64,000 nt of DNA from an uncultured Chloroflexia bacterium (GCA_963700285.1 CAVOXA010000007.1:98741-162740); one strand, 5' to 3'. Positions 40,373 to 50,324 are shown, counted from the stretch's first letter. The notes: a model not told the origin generated them from the letters alone. Translations and numbers: made by a program.

Positions 40373-40491
40373 GACTCTCTCCGGTTGGCTGCGACTCGCA
40401 CGGCACTGTACACTGCCGCCGGAGGCGTAAATCAGCCCATCAGTATAGATGTCAGGGTGATGCGCCCTGGCCGGCCAAAGGCGAACTCGGT

Positions 40492-41448
40492 ATGGGTAGA
40501 TTCCTAATTCGCAGACTGCTGCAGGCGGTCCCGACTCTGTTGGCAGTCTCGGTGGTCATCTTTGCCATCATTCACCTGGCTCCTGGCGGGCCTATGGCCA
40601 TCTATGCCAGCAGCCCCAACGTAGATCAAGCGGCGTTGGATCGTATCGAGGAACGGCTGGGCCTGAACGATCCACTGCCCGTGCAGTATGCCAAGTGGCT
40701 GTCTGGCATGGTCACGGGAGATTGGGGCATGTCCTACAAGTTCGGTCGCGACGTAAAGGATGTGCTGGGCGAGCGCCTCTGGGCCAGCATCCAATTGGTG
40801 GCCGCCTCGCTGATCATTGCCCTGGTCTTTTCAATTCCCTTTGGCATCTTTTCTGCGCTGAACCGGAATCGTGGCGTGCAGTATCTCACAAACGGGCTGG
40901 CCATGCTGGGGGTCTCTATCCCCACTTTCTGGCTGGGCATGGTGGTGCTTTTGCTCCTCTCGGTCAAGACGCGCATCATACCGACGGGCGGCATGATGAC
41001 CATTGGGCTCGACGGCTTTCAGCCCTGGGACCGGCTGCACCACCTGCTACCGCCGGCTGCCGTACTGGCCACCCTGTACATCGCGGGCTGGAGCCGCTAC
41101 GTACGCTCCAGCATGCTAGAGGTGGTCAGCCAGGACTATATCCGCACGGCCAGGGCAAAGGGGCTGAAGGAACGGGTGGTGACCAATCGCCACGCGCTCA
41201 AGAATGCCCTGCTGCCGCTCATTACGCTCGTGGGACTGCAGGCAGGCCGGCTTATCGGTGGGGCGATGATCACCGAAGTGGTCTTTGCCTGGCCGGGCAT
41301 GGGACGCCTGCTGGCCGAGTCGCTGGCCGGCCGAGATTACCCGGTACTGATGGCATCCTTCATGCTGATGTCGATCTTGGTCATTGTGGGCAACCTCGCC
41401 GCCGACGTCGGCTATGGCGTTGTAGATCCACGCATCCGGTTGGAGTGA
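40492..41448 (+). CDS. ABC permease, DppB/OppB type
   Basis: LIRRLLQAVPTL, DYIRTARAKGL, HALKNA, DPRIR. Confidence 0.95.
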   Translation: MGRFLIRRLLQAVPTLLAVSVVIFAIIHLAPGGPMAIYASSPNVDQAALDRIEERLGLNDPLPVQYAKWLSGMVTGDWGMSYKFGRDVKDVLGERLWASIQLVAASLIIALVFSIPFGIFSALNRNRGVQYLTNGLAMLGVSIPTFWLGMVVLLLLSVKTRIIPTGGMMTIGLDGFQPWDRLHHLLPPAAVLATLYIAGWSRYVRSSMLEVVSQDYIRTARAKGLKERVVTNRHALKNALLPLITLVGLQAGRLIGGAMITEVVFAWPGMGRLLAESLAGRDYPVLMASFMLMSILVIVGNLAADVGYGVVDPRIRLE

Positions 41449-41454
41449 TACAAC

Positions 41455-42339
41455 TTGTCAGCTAAAGAGACAGACGTGGTGGCTCGCCTGGACGAGCCCC
41501 TGCCCAGGCGCAGGCCATCTGCCTGGCACTACTTTCGGCGCAACCTGCTGGCGGTCATTGGCCTGGTGGTTCTGGTAGCCATGATCGTCATTGCCGTCGC
41601 TGCGCCCCTGGTGGTGCCCTTTGATCCCGACGAGATCAGCTATGACTTTTCGGCGCCGCCTACCAAAGAGCATCCCCTGGGCACCGACGACGTGGGCCGC
41701 GATGTGCTCAGCCGACTGATCTATGCCTCCCGCGTCTCACTGAGCGTCGGCTTTGCCGTATCGCTGCTGGCCGTGCTGCTGGGAAGCATCGCCGGTTCCA
41801 TCGCCGGTTACTATGGCGGCCGCACCGACAGCCTGGTCTCGGGCGGCATCAACGTGCTGCTCTCGATCCCGCTGATTCCCATGGCCATGGTTCTGGGCGC
41901 GTTTCTCAAAACCGACTTGCTCTTTGTCGTCCTCATTCTCGGCCTCCTATCCTGGACCGGCGTGGCGCGGGTCATCCGGGCCGAGTTTCTGTCTCTAAAG
42001 GAGCGCGAGTTCGTCATGGCCGCCCGCCTTATCGGCGTGTCAGACTTGCGAATTATTCGCAGGCACATCCTGCCCAACGTCGCAGCCGTCGTCATTGTGG
42101 CCGCGACGTTGATGGTGGCCACGGCCATTCTGGCCGAGTCCGCACTCAGCTACCTGGGTTACGGCATACAGCCGCCCACCGCTTCGTGGGGCAACATGCT
42201 GCAGAATGCCCAACGGTTCTTCCGCGTCAATCCCATGATGGCTATCTATCCGGGGATCCTCATCTCCGTCACGGTCATTTGCATCAATTTCGTAGGCGAT
42301 GGCATGAGGGACGCGCTGGACCCCAGACTCAGAAACTAG
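41455..42339 (+). CDS. ABC permease, DppC/OppC type
   Basis: HPLGTDDVGRD, EFVMAAR, HILPN, GDGMRDALDPR. Confidence 0.95.
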   Translation: MSAKETDVVARLDEPLPRRRPSAWHYFRRNLLAVIGLVVLVAMIVIAVAAPLVVPFDPDEISYDFSAPPTKEHPLGTDDVGRDVLSRLIYASRVSLSVGFAVSLLAVLLGSIAGSIAGYYGGRTDSLVSGGINVLLSIPLIPMAMVLGAFLKTDLLFVVLILGLLSWTGVARVIRAEFLSLKEREFVMAARLIGVSDLRIIRRHILPNVAAVVIVAATLMVATAILAESALSYLGYGIQPPTASWGNMLQNAQRFFRVNPMMAIYPGILISVTVICINFVGDGMRDALDPRLRN

Positions 42340-42433
42340 TGGTTCCTGCCCGGTGTCCAATCCGCCCACGATGCCGGGTGGATGGCTACGTCCTTGCCGG
42401 CGCCTGAATCGCTGCAACAAACAAGGAGGAAAC

Positions 42434-43168
42434 ATGCTGGATGCAACCAATACATCCAAGGAAATCCAAGAGAACCAACCCGAGATCGCGGTGTTTGGCG
42501 TTGGAGCCATCGAGCAGCACTCCATTCACCTGCCGCTGGGTACCGACTGGCTCGGGATCACGGCCATGACGCGGAGGGTCGCCGAAGAGTTGGATGCCTT
42601 CCTGGTCCCGCCTCTGCCCTTCAGCATGAGCGAGTGCCATGGGCCGATGGCTGGAACCGTTTGGCTGAGGCCCGAGACCCTGGCCGCAGTCCTTCATGAC
42701 ACGGTCCTGTCCTTGTACGCCCAGGGCTTTCGCCAGGTACTGGTCATCAATGGCCACGGCGGCAATTTTGTCCTGGAGGCGCAGATCCGCCAGCTCAACC
42801 TGAGCTACCCGGACCTGATTGTTCTGATGCCACCCCTGTTCTGGCCGCCCCGCCCGGGCGACACGCAGATTTGGGACAAGGGAGTCGGCATTCATGCGGG
42901 TGAAAGAGAGACCGCCCACCACCTGCACATCAACCCCGAACTCGTAAAAGAGAAACGCATTGATTACCTTCCTCCAGTTGGAAGAGAGTTCCTGGACTAT
43001 GCCTATGTGGGTTTTATCAGTGAGTGGGGCGTCTGGGGCTATCCCTCCTACGGGACGGCAGAAAAGGGAGCAGAGGCTTCGGCCAGAAACGTGCGAAACA
43101 TTACGGAATGGGCACGAGAGGCATTTGCCACAGTATCGGCCCTGCGCGGCCGGGAGCAGGAGGCCTGA
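42434..43168 (+). CDS. creatininase family amidohydrolase (motifs intact)
   Basis: EQHSIHLPLGTD, NGHGGN, HAGERET. Confidence 0.9.
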   Translation: MLDATNTSKEIQENQPEIAVFGVGAIEQHSIHLPLGTDWLGITAMTRRVAEELDAFLVPPLPFSMSECHGPMAGTVWLRPETLAAVLHDTVLSLYAQGFRQVLVINGHGGNFVLEAQIRQLNLSYPDLIVLMPPLFWPPRPGDTQIWDKGVGIHAGERETAHHLHINPELVKEKRIDYLPPVGREFLDYAYVGFISEWGVWGYPSYGTAEKGAEASARNVRNITEWAREAFATVSALRGREQEA

Positions 43169-43169
43169 G

Positions 43170-43943
43170 ATGCTATTGGACTACCGGAATACCACGTTTG
43201 AGGTCAGAGACGCCAGCCCCGAGATCGCCGTGCTGCCCATCGGCTCGACAGAGCAATGTGGTGACCATCTGCCCATCGGCTCGACAACCTTTATCCTGGA
43301 TGCGGTAGCGCGCCGCGTGGCTGAGAGCCTTCAAGGTAGGGTCTACCTGTTGCCGGCCATGCCGCTAGGCAGCAGTGGGCTGCACCGGGGAACCGCCGGC
43401 ACCATCGCCCTGGAATGGCAGACCCTGATGCAGGTGGTTACTGACCTGGTTGAGTCTCTGTTGAGCCAGGATATCCGCAAGGTTGCGGTCATCAACGGCC
43501 TGGGCGGTGCCAACGAGACCACGGTCATCCCCCGAGAGAACTATATCGTCAAGACTGCGGTGCGCCAGTTGAACTATGATCATCCCGATCTGGACGCCAT
43601 CTGGGTCCAGCCCTTCACTGCTGCTGGCGGCGAGCTGAAAGAGATCCTGGAATCGGCAGAGGTGGACGTTCATGCGGGCGAGTTGGCGACCTCGGTCATG
43701 CTGCACCTGGCTCCCGAGACTGTGAAGCATGGTGCCATCGACCACTTGCCCGAGGTGAACAAGGAGTACATGGACTTTGTCGCTTTTCGGAGCCTGTGCC
43801 CCGGCGGTGTGTGGGGCAGTCCCAGCCTGGCTTCTGCGGAGAAGGGCGAGCGGGCGTTTGAGGCTGCGGTCCAGGGCACAGTGCGGTATATTGAGGAGAG
43901 CTTTGCCCACCTGGCGACGATGAAGCGGCGGCTGTACTACTAG
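43170..43943 (+). CDS. creatininase family protein with degenerate metal ligands
   Basis: EQCGDHLPIGSTT, NGLGGAN, HAGELAT, GVWGSP. Confidence 0.85.
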   Translation: MLLDYRNTTFEVRDASPEIAVLPIGSTEQCGDHLPIGSTTFILDAVARRVAESLQGRVYLLPAMPLGSSGLHRGTAGTIALEWQTLMQVVTDLVESLLSQDIRKVAVINGLGGANETTVIPRENYIVKTAVRQLNYDHPDLDAIWVQPFTAAGGELKEILESAEVDVHAGELATSVMLHLAPETVKHGAIDHLPEVNKEYMDFVAFRSLCPGGVWGSPSLASAEKGERAFEAAVQGTVRYIEESFAHLATMKRRLYY

Positions 43944-43971
43944 CCATCTGTGAAGGTACTGCGGAGGGACT

Positions 43972-44796
43972 ATGGATTGGCAGAACCCCTATGATCTGTC
44001 GGGCAGGGTGGCCGCCATCACTGGCGGTGGCGGCATACTCTGCGGAACGATGGGCAGGACGCTGGGCCAGCTTGGCGCCCAAGTTGCCCTACTGGATGTT
44101 CGGCAGGACGCGGCGCAGGCCGTAGCCGATGACATTGTGGCGGCAGGCGGGCAAGCCATCGGGGTCCAGGTCGATGTCATGGACCGGCCCAGCATCGAAG
44201 CCGCCGCTCAGGTGGTCTTGGATACCTACGGCCGCGTGGATATCCTCATCAACGGCGCGGGTGGGGCAAAGAAAGAAGCAACCACCAGTGGAGAGCTGTC
44301 CTTCTTTGACCTGCCGGCTGACGCATTGCGCTGGGTCTTTGACCTCAACTGTCTGGGGACCGTTCTATGTAGCCAGGTATTTGGCCGGTTCATGGCTGAG
44401 CAGGGCACCGGCTGCATCATCAACATTTCGTCCATGTCGGCCTTCCGCCCGCTGACCCGGTCCGTCGCCTACTGTGCGGCCAAAGCCGCAGTGAGCAACT
44501 TTACCCAGTGGCTGGCGGTATACATGTCGCAAGACTGCTCGGAAAGGATCCGCGTCAACGCCATCGCGCCGGGCTTTTTCCTGACCGACCAGAACCGGTT
44601 CCTATTGACCGATCAGGAAACTGGCGCCTATACGGATCGAGGCGAGGCCATCGTGGCTCACACGCCCATGGGGCGCTTTGGCGACCCGCAGGACCTGCTG
44701 GGCACGCTGCTTTGGCTACTGTCGGAAGGGGCCAGCTTTGTGCACGGCGCGGTGATCCCGGTCGATGGCGGCTTTTCGGCCTATAGTGGGGTTTGA
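43972..44796 (+). CDS. SDR oxidoreductase (D-mannonate oxidoreductase-like)
   Basis: TGGGGILC, LINGAGG, YCAAK, NAIAPGFF, VDGGFSAYSGV. Confidence 0.88.
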   Translation: MDWQNPYDLSGRVAAITGGGGILCGTMGRTLGQLGAQVALLDVRQDAAQAVADDIVAAGGQAIGVQVDVMDRPSIEAAAQVVLDTYGRVDILINGAGGAKKEATTSGELSFFDLPADALRWVFDLNCLGTVLCSQVFGRFMAEQGTGCIINISSMSAFRPLTRSVAYCAAKAAVSNFTQWLAVYMSQDCSERIRVNAIAPGFFLTDQNRFLLTDQETGAYTDRGEAIVAHTPMGRFGDPQDLLGTLLWLLSEGASFVHGAVIPVDGGFSAYSGV

Positions 44797-44956
44797 GCCC
44801 GTGGCGTCCAACTTCACATAATCTTGCGAGACCTGGGCGCGCTGTGGACCGGAAGCCGGAGCGCCCGTGGCTGGCTTTGGTGGGGTAGCCCGGGATCGCC
44901 GTTGGAAAGAAGGTCGGAACGAAGGTTCTGAGTTGACGGTCAGGGAGGAGGAGCTG

Positions 44957-46051
44957 GTGGCAGCAGAACGGGTGCGCGTGCGGATCGGGGATCTCGAGTC
45001 CCTGTGCCGGCAGGTGTTTGAGAGGCTGGGGCTTTCGGCGGATGATGCGAGTGCGGCGGCGGCCGTGTTGGTGGCGGCCGATGTGCGGGGCATCCCTTCC
45101 CATGGCGTTGGCCGCCTATGGCGCTATGTGAATGGCCTGACCACGGGACTCATGCTGCCAGACACGCCGGTCGAGGTACTGGTCGATACACCTTCCTCGC
45201 TGGTCATCCACGCCCACGGCGCTATGGGCGCCCCGGTAAGCGTCAGGGCGATGGCTGCCGTCATCGAAAAAGCCAGGACCAACGGAGCCGCTTTTGGCTG
45301 CGTTCGGGACTCGAACCATTTTGGGATCGCGGGCTACTATGCCATGATGGCTCTGGACGCGGACATGCTGGGTTTCGCCATGACCAATACGGCGGCTCTG
45401 GGTGTGCCTACCTTCGGCCGCCAGGTCATGTTTGGGACGAACCCCCTGGCTTTCGCTGCGCCCGCCGGCCAGGAGCGCGCCTTTGTTCTGGACATGTCGA
45501 CGACGGTGGTAACCCGGGGCAAGATCGAGGTCTATGAAAAGCTGGGCAAGGCGCTGCCCCAGGGCTGGGCCGTCGACAAGACGGGCCACACAGCCTCCGA
45601 TGCCCCCAGCCTGCTGGACGACATGTTCCACCGACTGGGTGGCGGCATTTTGCCCCTGGGCGGCGAGGGCGAGGAATTCAGCGGTTACAAGGGCTACGGC
45701 CTGGCCATCATGGTTGACATTCTCTGTGGCGTGCTCTGTGGCGCTCCGACCGGGCCGGATCTGGCGGATACGGAGACCTCTTCGGCCCGGGTGGGACACT
45801 TTTTCGGGGCTATTCGCATTGATAGATTTCGGGATCCGCAGGCTTTTCGGCAGGACATGGATCGTTTGCTTGCGGGGCTGAGGGCCTGTCCTCCTGCCGA
45901 TGGCCAGGAGCGCGTCTACTTTGCCGGCCAGAAAGAGTTTGAGCACGAGGCGGAATGCCAGCGACTTGGCGTTCCTGTGCTGAGGCAGACCTACGACCAG
46001 ATCTGTGCGATCGGAAGGGAGTATGGGGCGAGTGCTCTTCCTCTCGTCTGA
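44957..46051 (+). CDS. Ldh_2 family oxidoreductase (malate/lactate/ureidoglycolate/sulfolactate dehydrogenase-like)
   Basis: ADVRGIPSHG, SNHFGIAG, GTNPL, LDMST, YKGYGL. Confidence 0.9.
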   Translation: MAAERVRVRIGDLESLCRQVFERLGLSADDASAAAAVLVAADVRGIPSHGVGRLWRYVNGLTTGLMLPDTPVEVLVDTPSSLVIHAHGAMGAPVSVRAMAAVIEKARTNGAAFGCVRDSNHFGIAGYYAMMALDADMLGFAMTNTAALGVPTFGRQVMFGTNPLAFAAPAGQERAFVLDMSTTVVTRGKIEVYEKLGKALPQGWAVDKTGHTASDAPSLLDDMFHRLGGGILPLGGEGEEFSGYKGYGLAIMVDILCGVLCGAPTGPDLADTETSSARVGHFFGAIRIDRFRDPQAFRQDMDRLLAGLRACPPADGQERVYFAGQKEFEHEAECQRLGVPVLRQTYDQICAIGREYGASALPLV

Positions 46052-46116
46052 GACCTGTCTGTACGGAAGGAGCGCTCGTAGACCAGACCCGGTCCTGCTG
46101 GCGCGCCTACTCTGAG

Positions 46117-46854
46117 ATGGCAGGCCAGGACGGCACAACGCGGGGGCCTGACCAACCCCAGATCGGGTTGCTCAATGAGAAACCCCTTCACGCGGCCTTG
46201 AAAGAATGGTATGCCCAACCTGGAGACGAGATCGAGGTCAAGGTTGACGGCTATGTCATCGACATCGTGCGCCAGGATCTGCTTATTGAGATCCAGACCG
46301 GGCGCCTTGGCAGCCTCAAACGCAAGCTCATCGACCTGATCGCGCGCCATCGAGTGCGGCTGGTTTATCCCATCGCCCGGGAAAAGTGGATCGTGAAGCT
46401 GGCTGACGATGGCTGCAGCAGCTTGAGCCGCCGCAAATCACCGAAACGCGGCGATTTCCATCACCTCTTTGGCCAACTGGTCAGCTTTCCGGCTCTGATG
46501 GCGGATCCCAATTTTACGCTAGAGGTGCTGCTCATCCAGGAGGAAGAGTACCGCTGCCACGTGCCGGGCCGCGCGTGGCGCCGGCGGGGCTGGGTCACCC
46601 ACGAGCGGCAACTGCTGCGGGTCGTGGGTCGCCGCTGCTTTAGAGATCCGCGGGACCTGGCTGCCCTATTGCCTCCAGAACTTCCGGAAGAATTCACAAC
46701 CCTGGATCTCGCCACCAGCCTCCACCAGAGCCGCCGCCTGGCACAGCAGACCGCCTATTGCCTTTGTGAGATGGGGGCCATCGCCCGGGTGGGGAAGCGC
46801 GGCAACGCCATTCTGTACGAGCTGGTCTCAGAAGGGGCGCTGCGCCAGCCCTAG
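46117..46854 (+). CDS. conserved hypothetical, PD-(D/E)XK-like fold with C-terminal wHTH
   Basis: EKPLHAALK, E...GYVIDI...LIEIQT, C-terminal FTTLDLA...GKRGNAILY. Confidence 0.7.
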   Translation: MAGQDGTTRGPDQPQIGLLNEKPLHAALKEWYAQPGDEIEVKVDGYVIDIVRQDLLIEIQTGRLGSLKRKLIDLIARHRVRLVYPIAREKWIVKLADDGCSSLSRRKSPKRGDFHHLFGQLVSFPALMADPNFTLEVLLIQEEEYRCHVPGRAWRRRGWVTHERQLLRVVGRRCFRDPRDLAALLPPELPEEFTTLDLATSLHQSRRLAQQTAYCLCEMGAIARVGKRGNAILYELVSEGALRQP

Positions 46855-46911
46855 CTGTCCGGACAGAAGCTGGATCGCTGGAGATGACAGCGGTCCGAGA
46901 GAGGGGAAGGG

Positions 46912-47400
46912 ATGAAAGAAGAGGCATTTCAGGATGGCTATCCCGATGAAGTCGCCACCTGCTACGGCTGCGGGCGGCTGAACGAGCAGGGCCTGCAGAT
47001 CAAGAGCTACTGGGAAGGGGAGGAGGCTGTCTGCACCTTTGTACCCAAGCCCTACCATACGGCAATCCCCGGCTATGTCTACGGCGGATTGATCGCCTCC
47101 CTCATCGATTGTCATTCCACCGGAACCGCAGCGGCCGCAGTCTATCGAGCTGAGGGGCGGAGCATGGGCACAGAACCGCACCTGCGCTTTGTAACCGGTT
47201 CGCTGCACGTCGACTATTTAAAGCCTACGCCCATCGAGGGCCCCCTGGAACTGCGGGCCCGGGTTCAGGAGATCAAGGGCCGCAAGGTACGCATCACCAC
47301 AGACCTGTCGGTACGGGGCGAGGTCTGCGCCCGCGGAGAAGTCGTTGCCGTCATGATTTCTGAGCAGGTGTGGAAGCGGCTCGGCGACCGCTCCACGTGA
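46912..47400 (+). CDS. PaaI family thioesterase
   Basis: CYGCG, YGGLIASLIDCH, VTGSLHVDYLKPTP. Confidence 0.9.
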   Translation: MKEEAFQDGYPDEVATCYGCGRLNEQGLQIKSYWEGEEAVCTFVPKPYHTAIPGYVYGGLIASLIDCHSTGTAAAAVYRAEGRSMGTEPHLRFVTGSLHVDYLKPTPIEGPLELRARVQEIKGRKVRITTDLSVRGEVCARGEVVAVMISEQVWKRLGDRST

Positions 47401-47595
47401 CGTTTTCGTGCTCTGTCTGATCGTGCGCCTGTTTATCCTTGGTTCCCCCGCCCTTACCAGCTCCCGGCGACTGGGTGCTGCCACCATGCCAGCCGCAGGC
47501 CATTTGGCTCCGTCCCCATGCTATGGTATGATGGTGGGCCAGGCGATATTGCGGACCGGTTGTAGCCAGGTGTTGGCGCCCAGGGAGAACTCTGC

Positions 47596-49026
47596 GTGAA
47601 ACAGGATATGCGCTGGTACGACTATGTCACCATCAACATCTACTGGTTCGCGCTGACCACACGCTCGCAGGTCGTGACCGCGCTTGTCGTTCCCCTGTTG
47701 GTGCAGCAATTCGTCGGTGATGCGGCCAAAGGCGCCTACCTGGGCCAGATGCGCCTGTGGGCGTTGATGGCCGCCCTTCTGGTACAGGCCCTGATGGGCA
47801 TGCTCTCCGACCGCAGTACGAGCCGCTGGGGCAGGCGGCGGCCATTCATTGCCGGCGGCACACTGGGCCAATTGGTTGTCCTGACGCTAATCGGATTTGC
47901 CGCAGGCTTGTCGGGCATGTCGGGCTACTGGGTACTCTTTGGCCTGTACATCCTGTCCATGGTCGCCTCTGATACCGCTCATGCCGCAACCCAGGGCTTG
48001 ATCCCAGACCTGGTGCCTGAGGAGAAGCGGGGCACAGCGTCGGGCGTCAAGGCACTGCTGGAGGTCCCCTTTCCCCTGATCTTTGTGTCCTTTGTCGTTG
48101 GCAGCTTGGTCAGCGCGGGCAGCCTGTGGGCGGCGCTGACCGCGGTCATGGTGATCCTGATCGCCTGCATGCTGGTCACCATGCTGGCGCGAGAGAAACC
48201 CCTGGTGCAGGTTCCCTTTCCCATCGACTGGAAACCTTTCCTGCGGCTGGTGGCGATGGTTGGCGTCTTTACGCTGATCATCCTGGTCATGGGTGCGGTC
48301 ACCAAGGCCGCGATGCGCGCCTCCCTGGGCCTCTCCTCGAACATGGGCCAGGCCCTGGTCGGCTTTGCTGGCTTTTTGGCCATGACCGTGGCCATTGCGC
48401 TGGGAGTAGCGGCCAGCATCCGAATAGGCATTGGTTCGGAAGCCGGCAAGCATCCCTCCTTTACCTGGTGGGTGGTCAACCGCCTGGCCTTCCTGGTCCC
48501 GGCTTTCAACCTGGCAGGCTTTGTCATCTTTTTTCTCCAGGAACGTTTTGTAGGCATGCAGGGCACGAAGGCGGCGGGCCCGGCCGCGACGGCGGTCATG
48601 ATCGTTGGTGTCTTTGTTCTGCTTACGGCCTTGCCCTCGGGCTGGCTGGCAGACCGCGTGGGCAAAAAGCTGCTGATTGCTGCTGGCTGTGTTCTGGGCG
48701 CCCTGGGCACATTCATCCTGTTGGCGATCCCGGAGGTGGCCGTACTCTATGTTGGCGCCGCGCTGGTGGGCGCGGGCCTCGGCCTGTTCTATTCCGCCAA
48801 CTGGGCGCTGGGCACCGAAATCGTGCCCCGGGAGCAGGCGGGCCGCTATCTGGGCCTGTCCAACCTGGCCGGGGCTGGAGCCGGCGCCATTGGCGCCTAC
48901 ATCGGCGGCCCCATCGCCGACGAGATGGGCTACGTGCTCTTGTTCGCCATCTATGGCACGCTCTTTTTGGTGTCGATCTTGGCGCTCATGGGCATACGCG
49001 AACCCCGTGTCATCAAACCCGTCTAG
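47596..49026 (+). CDS. MFS transporter
   Basis: GMLSDRSTSRWGRRRPF, GWLADRVGKK, many TM segments. Confidence 0.9.
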   Translation: MKQDMRWYDYVTINIYWFALTTRSQVVTALVVPLLVQQFVGDAAKGAYLGQMRLWALMAALLVQALMGMLSDRSTSRWGRRRPFIAGGTLGQLVVLTLIGFAAGLSGMSGYWVLFGLYILSMVASDTAHAATQGLIPDLVPEEKRGTASGVKALLEVPFPLIFVSFVVGSLVSAGSLWAALTAVMVILIACMLVTMLAREKPLVQVPFPIDWKPFLRLVAMVGVFTLIILVMGAVTKAAMRASLGLSSNMGQALVGFAGFLAMTVAIALGVAASIRIGIGSEAGKHPSFTWWVVNRLAFLVPAFNLAGFVIFFLQERFVGMQGTKAAGPAATAVMIVGVFVLLTALPSGWLADRVGKKLLIAAGCVLGALGTFILLAIPEVAVLYVGAALVGAGLGLFYSANWALGTEIVPREQAGRYLGLSNLAGAGAGAIGAYIGGPIADEMGYVLLFAIYGTLFLVSILALMGIREPRVIKPV

Positions 49027-49053
49027 CCAAGCCACCCGATAACTCTGTCATTT

Positions 49054-49120
49054 GTTATAGTGCGTGCTTTGGCGTACTCCCTGTCTTCAGGTCACCGGCG
49101 CTGAAGCGCCTACTATGAAC
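49054..49120. repeat. solitary degenerate copy of the REP doublet that forms the 106-bp array
   Basis: GGCGCTGAAGCGCCTACTATGAAC (49097-49120) differs from the array by one base. Left arm GTTATAGTGCGTG is degenerate. Confidence 0.8.
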
Positions 49121-49304
49121 CTTCCGTACCCGGTCTCGTGTCAGCGCATAGATGCATTCCCCAGACCAGAGGATCAGGATTGACTACAAAATGTAGTCAA
49201 ATGAACGACACAAAGAAGCGGATCCTGTCGGAATGCGGGTCCCCTCGTCTGGAGCTTGTCAGCACCTATACGACGGGTTCGTCGGCATGCGGGGTACGAT
49301 GTAC

Positions 49305-50324
49305 TTATAGCTTGCCGCTTTCCCGGGCCTCCCGGTGGGCTTGGGCCGTATCCTCGTCCGTCAGCCGGGCATAGATGCGCGTCGTGGTTGGGGATGCGTG
49401 CCCCAACAGGTCCTGGGTGGCGGCCAGATCGTGGGTCGCCGTAAGGACCCTGGTGGCGAAGCGATGACGCAGGAGGTGAGGGGTGATGGACTCATCGACG
49501 CCGGCGAGGTTACATAACTCGTTGATTGCTGTCCGGGCGGTGTTGGTAGAGATGGGGAGGATTCTGCTGCCCGCCCCCCGGTCGTGGCGGGCAAAGAGCG
49601 GCAGTGAGGCCAGTGCCCGGCCAGAGACACCATCCGTCCGGGCCTTGAGATAGTGGGTGAGTGCCCCCCATGCCCGGTCATCAAAGTAGACCAGGCGCTG
49701 CTTGCGTCCCTTGCCCGTGGCGATGGCAGCCTGTCGCTCATAGTCCAAGTTCCCGCGGCGCAAGCCGACAACTTCACCGACGCGCGCACCGGTACAGCGC
49801 AGCGTCTCCACCAGGGCGATGTTCCGCAAGCGGCGGAGCAGGGCGCGCTTACCCTGGGACGAATTGGGCTCGTCAGGGGGCGGCACCGCGTAGGCGGCCT
49901 GCACCAGCGCCTGCACCGCGTCCTCAGCCGGCACGTGGGGCAGGGGGCGTGGGGTCCGGCGGCCGCGGACGTCACTCAGGCGCTCCTGCAGCCGGGCATA
50001 GTCCGCGATCTCAAAGCTGGCCTTGCCCTCCAGCAGGAGCCAGCGGTAGAAGCGCATGAGGGCCGTCAAATAGTTGTCCAGCGTGGCCGAGCTGACCGGG
50101 TTTTCGTCCTGGAGCCAGCGCACGAAAGACAGGGCCATGTCAGGCGTGATGGCGGTGACCGGCATCTGGTCGGGGGGCTCTTGCGTCTCGGCACAGAACG
50201 CTTCAAAATGGCGCAGGGACGTGCTGTAGGCCTCCACCGTGTGGCTCGAACGCCGGATGCCAAGGTCCCGGCGAAAGCCATCGACTGCCTCGGTTACGGA
50301 AAGGATGGAGTTTTGATTTGACAT
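49305..50324 (-). CDS. tyrosine recombinase, XerC/XerD-like
   Basis: TGARVGE (R), GKGRKQR (K), TPHLLRH (HxxR), LLGHAS, TTRIY (Y). Confidence 0.93.
   Translation of the reverse strand: MSNQNSILSVTEAVDGFRRDLGIRRSSHTVEAYSTSLRHFEAFCAETQEPPDQMPVTAITPDMALSFVRWLQDENPVSSATLDNYLTALMRFYRWLLLEGKASFEIADYARLQERLSDVRGRRTPRPLPHVPAEDAVQALVQAAYAVPPPDEPNSSQGKRALLRRLRNIALVETLRCTGARVGEVVGLRRGNLDYERQAAIATGKGRKQRLVYFDDRAWGALTHYLKARTDGVSGRALASLPLFARHDRGAGSRILPISTNTARTAINELCNLAGVDESITPHLLRHRFATRVLTATHDLAATQDLLGHASPTTTRIYARLTDEDTAQAHREARESGKL

Noticed and set aside
49305-50324. Integron integrase with attC array, or prophage/ICE integrase
   Set aside because: No evident IntI-specific insertion, the repeats lack RYYYAAC...GTTRRRY ends and carry no cassettes, and there are no tRNA, phage or conjugation genes nearby.
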